Shown here: one piece after another, positions 25,101 to 37,100 of the stretch
Numbering within the stretch: the first letter of the stretch is position 1
How the letters are laid out: each line of letters starts with the position of its first letter
From: a virus
Length of the DNA stretch: 64,000 nucleotides
IMG/VR virus record: IMGVR_UViG_3300030103_003222
Coordinates: 18,762-82,761 of that record
Strand: one strand, 5' to 3'
Made by a program: the position numbers and the translations under genes
Notes under the pieces: model-generated
Database searches by the model: none
The model's input: only the letters and a program-made list of their open reading frames with translations
Told to the model about the DNA's origin: nothing

Positions 25101-28100
25101 AAACTTGGGCGACATACCCCTTCCCGAAGAAGGGACGCATCTATCTGAAGACGGGCGCCAGTGCAGAATACGCCAACAAAACGGGTGTCTCGTTCCACTT
25201 CGCCAACGCTTCAATCGGCAGTGGCACCTACGTCTTGTCCGATGGGCGCGAGGTGGCATCGTTCCACGAATGGGTCGTTGGCTCGGGCCTCATCCCTCAA
25301 GCATCTTCTCTGTCGGGCACGAACAGCGATGTCTACCCACTGGGCGAGGTCATCCTTGGCGACGGTCACTTCTTTGCTGAGAATGCCGCAGACGATGGCA
25401 CGACAGTCAACGACCGTATGTTCCAGTCCATGGATAACGTCACGCACGATTATCAGTTGGGCACGCAGTTTGCCAGCACCCGTGCGTTGGTGGAGATTCC
25501 GCTGTTCAACGCGCAGTTTTTTGAGAACGTGAGCGAGGGCGTTCTACCCGGTCCCGATAACTCGTTGAAACTCCACGTCGACCCGACCATGACGGCGCAC
25601 ACGTGGAATCCGTCACCAGTCGGTCGCCGCTTCCCTGAGAAGGCACCAAGCGACCGCTCCGCCCGTGGTGCCTACGCCTATGCTGCCGAGAACTCGGAGC
25701 AAGTGCGTGGTGCGACTATCATCCACAAAGCGGAGATTGTCAGCGGCAAATACCGACTATACGTCGACAAGCCGGAAATCTTCCCTGCAGCCGTCACGTC
25801 GGCAGGTGCGTTCTCTTACGTCACCAACGTCGTGCGCTACCGCCGTGCCTTCCTCAGCAACGGTGAGTGGGTTATCTATGAGAACGACCCGGCTGCGAAT
25901 GGTTTTCTCCGATTTGAGGACGAAGACTGGTCTACGTCTGAGAACTTCCTGCGCGACTACGAGGTAGGACACTCGCTGATGACGGCGGGCGGTTATGAGT
26001 CTGAAGCACTCGTGCCAATGGAGAGTGACATCCTCACCTCGTCCTCAGCCATGGAGCGGCGCAGCGAATATTACCACGACTCTGCAAGCGTCAAGACACA
26101 GGGTGGCAACGTCGATTACGGGCTACGCCAATACGTCAGCGCTGTTGAGTTCAAGGCCGGTCCAAAGTCAAACCCACACGCAAATCGAACGGTGGCTAAA
26201 CGTGCCAGTGGGACTGTGCTGTCGGTCACGCCGCTGGGCACAACGGCAAATTTCGGTGGCCTCGTTCTGCTGACGTTCTCCGAAGAGGACTTCGCAAAGT
26301 TCCCCAAGGTGCCCGTGCCTACCGACACGAACAATCTCATCACATTCACGACTGGCGACTACCACTACGAACTAACGGTGCCGTCGCCCGACGGTAGCAT
26401 TCGTCGCTTCATCTATTGGGGCAGTGCGGCGAACGTAGGATTGCGGTCATCCGACATGACGCCTGAAAATCTCGGCACGTCAATCGTTGTGCAGCCTGTT
26501 TTCACGGCATTGGCTGCGACGACACCAAACTACCTACTCGCAACATCAGCCGACTTCATCGCGGGTGAAAAGGCCACGCTCACCAAGCGTTCGTTTGACA
26601 TTGGCTTCAGCGTGAACCCAGTCGATGTTGCCTTAGAAACCACACTCAACATCAGCGACTCATTCCGACCGGGTGGCACAGGTGTTCGGAAATCATGGAC
26701 AGTCGCAAACGTCGCATCGACGAGCAGCATGACTGTGACTAACACCAGTTCGCTGTTCCTACAGTCCAACACCTTGGGGCTGACAGTGAAAGTCAACGAC
26801 TACCTCTACGCTGAAACCAACACCGGTAGCGCTGTGACCGTAGTGCGCTACCTTGGTCGAGTGACGGCGATTGCTGACTATTCGGCTTCATCCTCTCTAC
26901 CTCTCACCATCACGCTCGATGGCAGCATGACGTCAGCCACGCAATCCAACATCAACAGCGAGATTGCAGGTGGAAGCCTCACCATCCACCTCAGAGTCGG
27001 ATGTCACGACGTGATGAAGAATGACGATGAGGCTGTGCTCAACCGTCAGTGGCTGTCTCCATATGCGCAGGGTGGTCTGCGCCATGGGGACACCGTGTGG
27101 GCGAACATGACGTATAACAACCCGCACGCCGTAGAGGGTATGTTCGCCAAGAGCCGTGGTGTCTTCAACGAAGCCTTGGTGTGGACCGGCTTCAACGACG
27201 GCGACGGCTCTTTGACAACCAGCGCACGCACAAGCATTCCGCTTGAGAACTTCTTGATTGGTGACTCTTGCCTTGAGACAGCGCAGAATTATGCGCAGCA
27301 CGTCAACAAGACAATTGAACTGAACTACACCAATCTCGGCTTGTCGACCGACCTTGCACCCAAGGTCGCGTTTGTCGACCCTTACCTTGCCAACGAAGAG
27401 CACGCTCGGGTGTTGCTCTACGACGTGGCGCACGACCGAGAGTTCGTCGCTTTCCAAGACCTACACATGCAAGTGCAAACCAGCGCCAAAGTGGCAGAGA
27501 TTGGTTGGCAGCGCGAGTTCACAGCCACCAATATTGTTGACTCCAGCACGGAGATTGACCTTGTGCCTTATTCGATTGGCTTTAACGGAGCCAGTCAACA
27601 CGCCTTCCTGACGCAAATTGACGTTGCCGCTGGCTTCCTTTCGCAGAACAAATACGCACGCTCGACAATTCGTTCTCGCTTCATGGAGAGCGCCTATGCC
27701 CACGACATCGCGAATCACGTCGCAATATCGCTGCTCAACCCCATCGCAAGTGGGACTGCGCCGACAAACATCGTCCGTAGCCTGACCAACGTGACGCGTA
27801 TCGCTCAGTTTGGCAAGGCGCATGGACACTTTGTGCACACTGGCTACCACAAGGCAGGCCCATTCGGCAACCGCTCGCTTGGTGACAGCATTCTCCCACG
27901 CACCACAGATGGCTCTGCTATTCCGTATTGGGCTGACAAGATGCACACCTACACGCGCACGTCATTCAGCGACACGGGTAGTTTCTTGCTCAAACTACGT
28001 GAGCATCGAGAGAGCGTCACAGGTGCATCTTTCCGCGACCCATCCACTTTGTTCGATACACCCGATGGCACGCGAGTCGTGCCTGCATTCCTTGCTCTCA

Positions 28101-31100
28101 AGGGCATTCGCTCAGAGGCACTCAGCCTCACCACACATGACGAGGCTCGCTTGCAGCATCTGAAGCAGTGGACTGACATGGACTTTACGCGACGTTTGAC
28201 CATCGACCTTGGTGAAGTCGGTGCGCGTATTGGTGGGACAAGCATCCTCGCGGCTGCGAACGAGGTAGTGCGTCTCATCAATCAGGCCGGTGCAAAGCAA
28301 GGTCGCACACATGCACGTCGTCCATCCGAGCAATACCCCGGTGAATCAGAATCACTCGATTTGACTCGCGTTGGCGCTCGTGCTGCCGATGGCATACGTG
28401 ACCCAGCGTCCTCGCACATCAACGCCGATTTCGCAGCGACTGGTTCGACCCATGACCCTGCGGTATGGTGGGACGAAGACAAGGCGTTCGAGTCGCATGA
28501 CAAGGGCACACACATGGGCTATGTGCGCGCTCACATCGGACGTATCGTGCAGGACACCAACGGCAACGAAGGCTTCAGCATCGTTGTTCACAGCACAGTG
28601 CCCGGTGCGACTGGGCGAAACTTCTGTGTATGGCTCGACAACAGCAAAGGTCAATCGCGCTACACGCCGAAGTTCCTGATTGGTCACGGTGGACGTTATC
28701 GCACGTTCTGGTGCCAACCCGATGAACTCAGTGGAGAGAACATGCACCCCGCGCCGATGCCGCTTAATAAGCACGGTCGTCCGTTTGCACCAGTCACCAC
28801 CCTGCAAGGCTATGTTGTTCCTGACGACAGCGGTGTTGAGTTCAAAGCGAGCAGCGACTTTGCACCCCGTGGTGATGAAACCTCTGACCCAGTTATGCGC
28901 GCCGTCTCTATGGCCACTGGCTCAGGACAGTCGCATAACACAGTGAACACAGAATCACTGGAGGTCGAGGGCTTCAACACGTCCTACGTCACAGGTCTGC
29001 GCACGGGAACCAACGCGGTCGCTCGCGTCAATTTTGGCGGACTTGCCGCTTCCGGTGTTCCGGGCTTTGCTCCTGACGCCGGTAAGTGGGGTTTCGGTCG
29101 CAAGGGCGATGTGCGAATCGCTGAACGCTATGGTCCAGCCAAAGACACCAGTGCTTCATCGACTGCTGCAACGACCTATTCCAGTTATGTGCCCTCTACT
29201 GATGTGCGCGAAGAAGCCATCGGTAATGCACCGCTCTATGCTTTCCGTTTCATTGACCATCGTGGTGTCGGACACGGCATTCGCTTCATCTACCGTAGCA
29301 TGGGAGAGTCATTCGCTTTAGACGAAACACTATTGCCGTCAACGATTGATGATGAAATTGCAGTCTTCATTGACGACCGAGACGTTGGGCAAGGCGGCTT
29401 CACCATCGGCAAGCACATGCACGGTATTGGTGATGCTACGGGCCGTTTTGGCGCAGCGGGAACCAACACGTCGCTCATGTCGTGGAGGGGGAACCGTTGG
29501 AACCCCGTGCCTTCGCCAAGCGCCGCGTATGACTGCAACGCAGCCTACGATTCATCAAGCAACAAAATCACTGTCACGCTACAGGCTCCGTATAACGCGT
29601 GCCCTCATTTCGACGTCCTCGGCTACATGGGCTTCCCGCTAAGCCAAGGTTTGCTCCAACTCTCTGACCCGTTTGTGGATAGCAGCATGAACGGTAGCCA
29701 AGGCCACGTTTTTTCCTACACTCACCGCACACGAGAGGGAAGCAGCGGCACACACGTCTTCCACGGCATCCAAGGCTCGACATTTACACCGAGTCACACG
29801 CACTCAGGCGGCTCAGTTTCAGCAAACTCTTCGTCAGTGTTCGGAACTGGGAGCATCAACATTCGCGCACTCATTTCTTCGACGGTCAATTGGACGACGC
29901 TTGTGACCGACGAACTGCTTGCTGCCATCACAGCCGCAGCCATCAACCTTGCAGACCCTAACGTCGATGAGGGCGTGCCCTTTGACTGCCGCGACATGTT
30001 CGCTTCAGATGGGCGGACATTTGGTGAGTGGGGTGTGGCGGAGGACGCTATTCGCATTCGTGCGTTCAACACCGCTGGTGGCGGCATCCGACCCCTTTCG
30101 GACTTTTTTTCTGCGTCTCTGCATCGAGACTTTGCCATTCAGTCTGCTCACGTTGAGTTTGGTGACATTGAGGAAATCGAAGTCGACAATGGTGGCATTA
30201 GCCTCCCCAGCACTTCACGCGCTGCGACTGACGCCAGCATTGACAACGGTTTGAGGGCAGAGTGTGGGTATTTGCCATTCACCGTTCTGCAAGTCTTCAC
30301 CAAGAGCAAGGGTAGCAACAGCAATACAGCCTCACCAGTTCTCGTTGACTCTCGCAACAACCCGGTAGACCCTGACGAATGGCACCGTCGACTTATCGGC
30401 TACACTTTCACTGCAAACGCGGGGGACCATGTTCTACCGCGCGTCGACAACCCATCGGTCCTTCTATTGGCTGCCGAAGTGACCAGCGACCCAATTCAAC
30501 TGACCACGAATCAGGTGTGGCACTTTGCTCAACCTGCCGGTGAAGAAGGCACAAGCATCAGCAGCAAGACCAAGATTGCATCTTTTGGTAGTGTGAGCAA
30601 CCTGCATGTGCAGAATGGTGACGTCTTGGTGACAAGTCAAAACGGTGCCAACAGCAAGACGCATCTTTCACTGGTGACTGGCACGAAGACCTCAACTTTC
30701 CCTGCAAGTGACCCTGCCAGCAACGCTGTAGCGCAGCGCTTTGGTGACACTGCGCGAGCATTCCGCACTGCTGGGAGCCGCGTCTTGGGTAGCGTGTTCT
30801 CTCGTCCCATGCTCTTCTTCCGTGGTGGGCGCGACAGCATCGACCACTCAGTGCCACTGTTCTTCGGCGGTGGTTTCAGTGGCGTCACACTCGACATCAA
30901 CGACGGCACCAAGAACGACTACAGCGAGTTCTTCACTCATCCATACGCGGCTGGACCAACCGGTGTCGCTGGTGTGCAGCACGCCAACGAGTTCCTCTCG
31001 TCCTACTCAATGCTCGACTGCAACGCTATGATGGCGTTTTTCCCCGGCACCCCGCTTTTGAACCAACATCGCGGCAACATCAATCCGCCGTTCTTCAACT

Positions 31101-34100
31101 CTGAAAACATGCTAACGCCTGACCTGAAACGCGGCACGCAGGGGCATCACAGCGACTACCCTGCCCCGTATTCAAGCGGTGTTAAGGTCCAAGTGCCAAT
31201 TCCATTGGTGTTGCGTTTCGCACACCCCACTGCTCGATACAGCGACCACAGTGGGACCACAGATAGCAAAACCACCTACCTGATTTTCGGTCCCGGTCAA
31301 GCCTTCCCATTCACGGCTCAAACCGCTACCCCAGACAACAGCAGCGAACCACATCCCGGTCGTGCTTTGACTGTCGGCAACACATGGTCGAAGGTGCCAA
31401 CACACACCAGCGGTAAGCAGTTCCTGCACAACCACATTACCAATTCAACCGTCGGTTTCCTTCCCGAACTTCACTCCACGCAGGTCAACCGCTACCGGAC
31501 ACACTGGCGACAAACGATGAACTGGGAGCCTGCGCAGGGCAAGTCCAATGCCACGCGATTGTTTCAGCGTCCTGAGTCCGGCCGTTTCTATGGTGAGATG
31601 TTCACGTCAAACGGCGTGCTCAACAGCACCTCACTCGCTGACTACAGAACCGCTCATCCACTTCGGCATGCTGTGTTTATGGGATTCGGTATGGCCAGCA
31701 ATTCTGATTGGTGTTTCCACATGGACGGCGGTTATCACCCCGGTGGCTCGTGGTTGGACAATCAACTGACGTTCAATCCACCACACCCCAACGACAACAG
31801 CCGCGTAGCAAAAAGCGGCGTGGCTGGTAACGAACTACACCCAAGCGCATTCCGCGTAGCAGCGCCGTTGGCCAACCGGGTGCTCTACGGCTCATCTGCA
31901 TCTTTTGCCAGCGACACCATCGAGAGCGACGACGTCGAACTCGAATACATCGCTGTCGACGCCACGAAATGTCAGAATGGGGAGGAAATGGCTGCCCTGC
32001 TCGGCTCTGCCATCAACTCATTCCCCGGTGCTGGTGCACTGAAGGCTATGGGTGGGACGTTCCTACCCAGCATGGGGACCAGCAACCGGCAAGACCGCTA
32101 CGGTTGGGTCGAAGTCACGGGAGTTGTCGCCTATTTCCTCAGTGGAGAAGACACGGCTGCGAACGTCAAGACCAACGCCATCAAGGACAACTTCATGACG
32201 CTGGCCTTTTCCAGTCAGATTTTGGCTGAGCAAGTTCCTGAAAGCGGTTGGTTGCGAACAAGTGCCGACTTTGACAACGGGGTAGACAGCAACAGCGATT
32301 CTGCTGCTTTCGCACCCTATCACAGTCGAATCGTCAAACTTGACACGAGTTCGAGCCAATACCACGTCACCTTCTATCTCGGTAGCAATCGCATCGCTGG
32401 TTCAAAGGCCTTTGAGTCGCTTAAGACGTGGAAGGACTACCTCGACACAGGTGTTGCTGCAGGCAATGAGGTTGTTCCCAATGTAAGCAGTGCAACCAAG
32501 GTCTACGTGTGGACCAAAGCAGGTGTGCACCGATGGGACAACTCGGGTCGGCTTGAGGGCTATTCGCAAGTGCACTTCAGCGGCTTGGTCGACGCCATCG
32601 ACAGAACGCGGCCAGTTGGGCTACCGGGTTGGCACGGTGAACGCTATTCTTACCTGAACACGTTGGCCGTGTCCGGCGCGTATTCTGCCGGCCTTGGTGC
32701 ATGGCACCCATCCCTCGGCTTCTCTCCGTTCGGAGGTAGCATGGGTTGCGCGTCTGTGCTTGGTCACTTGCCTCACATCGCTCCCATGCCCAACAGTCCC
32801 GAAAGTGGTTTGCCCAACGACGGGAGCAACGGTGCTGCCGACTTCCCCGATGCCGACACACCCAATGGCCCGAACTATGACGCTGACGACGACGGCGACC
32901 AATCCTACAGCGCGAGTTTCGTTGACGGTAGTGGTAACAATAGCCCACCACTCACCACGTTTGACGAAAACGTGCACAAGGACTTACAGCACGCTCAAGG
33001 CGTATATGCCCGAGCCATGTTGGTCGTCGCTCACGAGTCAGAACTGGCTTTGGTGGCCAAGCGCGACCGTGACGGTATCAAGTGCGTTGGTGACTGGTTG
33101 CGCTCCAAAGATGCGAGCAGCATCACGTTGGCCGGCACAACACGTTGGGACGACCGGATTCACGGTCAGGACCGGTTTATCGCAACAGCAAACGCAGGTC
33201 CCAACATTGAGGCTCTCATCGTTGATGACACGGCTTTGCCAACGGTAAGCAGCCCTACAGCAGCCAGTGGTTTGGTGGCCTCACCGTTCAACGCTGAGTT
33301 CTTCTTGCACACGGCCGTTTCAGCAGACACTGAACTCGAAAATGCCGAGCCGTGCCGCAAACCAACTGGTGACTTGTTCCTCGACATTGACAAGAGCATC
33401 GGCTCTTTCTATTCCGCAAGCGCTGGCGCGCAGCGCAACATCATGGACCATTTCTATGAGGCAGGGAGCAACAACCCAATGGGTGGTTTGTGGGGCGGTA
33501 ATACGCAGAAAAACTCCTACTGGATGGGTGACGTCAACGGTTATGAGATGTTCAAGCGTTCGCCGGCCAAGAACTTCAGCATCGAGCACATCGTGTGGAA
33601 GCGCATGGACGGAGGTAGCCTGTCGCTACCCGCCATGAACGCGCGTGGGCTTGGTGCTGTGCCATGGGTCAGTCGCGTTGACGGTAGCAACGCCTACACG
33701 ACCGGTGAGAAATTGCTCGGTAACGTGCGCTTCTCGTTTGAGACGACGAACTCAGCGATGATGCCAATTATGCGAGCGCATGAACTCGGCCATCCTCAAT
33801 TGGCTGTTGACCCACCTGTCGAACTCCGTGATGTGTTGGAAATCCCCAACGAAGAAATGCAGTTTGACGACATGGTCGTTGTCGATGACACGGGACAATC
33901 GCATACGTTGAACGGTGGTTCACCGCTGGGTGTCGTCATTCGCGCCTTCCGCTCCAGCGGTGAACGACTCGCAAGTGGCCTCGCCCCATCTGTTGCAGGT
34001 GCTGGGCTTGAGCCAAACATGACCATCCGGCTACCCGACTCCAACGCGATTCCCGGCAACATTCTTGTTCGCAGTGGTTTTGACCGTGTGCAAGCCTATC

Positions 34101-37100
34101 AGACAGAAACCATGGGCGACGGGGGTATGATGAGCAACCCACAGGGCCTCGGTCAACTGTTTGATGGTTTGACTGGGCCGTTCGGCGCACCTGTGTTGTC
34201 TGAAGCAGGGTGGGAACACATCGACAAGGCAGGATTGGACAGCACCAGCAGCAAATGGGATGCAGCGACGAGCGACAAACCTCTGAGCAGCGCGTATGAA
34301 CTTCACGACCGCACTCTGTTTTTCCACGTCACGAAGATGGGACACAGTCACACCGACCGCTACCCAACGACCTACACGCACAGCGGAGGTCTGCAAAATC
34401 AAGCGCTAACGGTGTCTTCGTATGCGAGCAGCACTGCGATTTTGACCGCGTCCGCATCAATCACGACTGCGATTTTTGACGCCGACTTCGCCACGAAGGA
34501 AGTCATGGACGAAGGGTCGGGTAAGCGACGTAGGTTCCTACGTCTCGCCACCGCAACAGACAGCGTCGTCGTTTCCTACACAGGCATCAGTGGGGCTACG
34601 TTCACAGGAGTGGTTGGTGACATTGACTTCGACCAGTTCTTGCTCGACAACCCACCCGCTTCGTCCACCATCAACGTCACTCCGTCCTATTACGTGCCTG
34701 CTGGTAGCACCCGTTTCTTTGCAGCACGACGTTTGCGTGACCACGCGGAGGTCAGCGGTAACAGCCCCGACATGGCGCACACGCACTACTTGAACGGGAA
34801 CGCTGACACGACAGGCTATGCCCGCTATAGCGTGCCGCGTATGACCCCCATGCCCTACCCACGTATGGGCCACCATTTCGTCAACGCCACCATGCCGATG
34901 CTACCCGGACACTGGGCACACCCTGCCTATCAGGGCCTCTATTCAGGACATGAAGCGGAGCGACGTGCAACGTTGCGCGACCCTGACTACATTCGTCTGT
35001 TGGACCATACCGACCTTGACGACGCCACCTTCGACAGCAACGTCTCAGACTACCTCCACCCCCTCAATCCGCAAATCCGCATTGGGAGTCTGACCGCTAC
35101 ACCAAGCGGACCCAGCGATATTCACGGTGGTGCCTTCACTTTGATGTTTGAGACGAAGGTGCGCTTCGACGGCTACGGTGTTCTTGCCTCAAAGGGCACG
35201 GCAGGGGACATGAACAAGTTAGGAGGTCACTCGATTGTGTTGGAGGCTGGTGGAAACTACACGCAAGACGGTCACTTCCCTGACCCCGCTGAGGTCGGTG
35301 CCTACCAGATTGTCATTCAACCCAATCTACACGAGACACAGATTGCTGGTTTCCATCACAACAACAGCACGACTACCGCTTTGCCAAACGGTAGCAAGCG
35401 TGCGCTCACAGCCCAGCAGATTCACCTCGTGGTCGGTATCAAATATGACAGTGAGCGAGGTGGCTCGCCCATTGGTGGAGCAACGCTAATTCTTGCCGAG
35501 GCGACGTTGGCTGACGTGAGAGGTTGTGAAATCTTCGTGAATGAGGTCATCCTCGACCACGACCCCGACCACGGTAGTCACTTCACAAACATCCCACCGA
35601 TGCTGCTCTATAACCCACTGGGTGTGCAGGGCAGCGAATCCCCGACATTCACACGTCGAACTCAACCGTATCATCCGGGCATGTTTGAGGACAGCACGCC
35701 CGGACACACGCTAAACATCCCGTGGTGGAGCATTTTCCACAAAGTGGCACCTGACGACTCCTCGTCTACCGGTTTCAGGCATTTGGCGCTTTATCGCATT
35801 GACAACTTCTACCAGTTCTGCCGAGCGTCATCGGGCGCAGTGGCAGCACAACTGACGCTGGCTGGCTATCCCTCCATCAGTCCCGACATCTATTCTGACG
35901 TGATGGCTAACGTCTCACTCAGTCCTAAGTGCACCGTTACCGGTAGCGGCTCGGGCTACATCGAGGTTGACGATGCGTCGTTCTTCCCGAACAAACCAGC
36001 CTATGGGGAGCGTCTGCACTACGTTGACGCAAGTGGGAATGACAAGTTCATCACCTACACTCAACGTAGCGGCACGACGGCGAATGCGGCGACGATGAAC
36101 CAACCTGACCGCTTCGTCACCAGTGCAAGTTCACCCGGTGACGGAACGGTTCTGCGGTTGACGCGACCTTACAGTGAGCGCATGACCGACACGCTGTTCA
36201 CTCATTCCAAGAGCAGTGTGTTGACGCGCATCATGCCGCAAATGTTGCCGGGTTCACGCGACACGAACAGCCTCTATACGGCTGACGCGTTCTTGTGCAT
36301 GTGGCACCACAACCTCGGTCGTCCTCACACGTTCTATTCCGACAGTCCGAGGACATGGGGTGGCACAACAACAGACCGCGCTATCAACAAAGCAGCGTAT
36401 AACGGCATGCCCGAGCACTTCGAGACTGTCCATTACCACGCGGTGAACTACGCGGCAAGCCATGGCCCGTTCCATCTTGACTTCAAGACGCCCAAACCCG
36501 CGCAGCACTTGTCAGGCACCTTCAGTTCGGTCAGCGGTTCACCCTCTACACTGGTGTTTGGTGCAGACGTTTCAGGCGACGGTTTGGTCGGTAAGGTGCT
36601 GTTCACCGATGGGCGAGTCATTGGAACGGTTGCATCTGTTTCAACCACCGACGTCACGTTGACCGGTGACATCCTCTACACCCCCGCTGCTTCAACGACC
36701 GTCTACGTCGGTGCAGATGGTTCGGTTGACACGGCGGCCAACATTCACGCCATGACCGGTTATCAGGCTCAGGGTGGCACTTCAACGATGCTGACTCATT
36801 ACTGGCCGTGCGGTAGTCGAGGTGGGCCGCTGGTCAGCCGACTCGACGGCTATGCGGCTTGGGCTGCCGGGTGGCATGTGCCTCGCCAATATTCATCCGG
36901 TGGCGGTAAGCACTGGGTCGATGATGACGACAGCGGCTCATATTCTGTTTCAAGCGGCTTGAGTGACGGCTCGTTGGTTGCGTCTCGCACCTATCCGTTT
37001 GGCTATCGCTTTGGCCTACGCCAACCGTGGAATCGACCGCAGTGGGGCTTCTACGGTATGCGTGCACATCGTGAGGAGGGCCTGTTCAGTGGCTCACCAG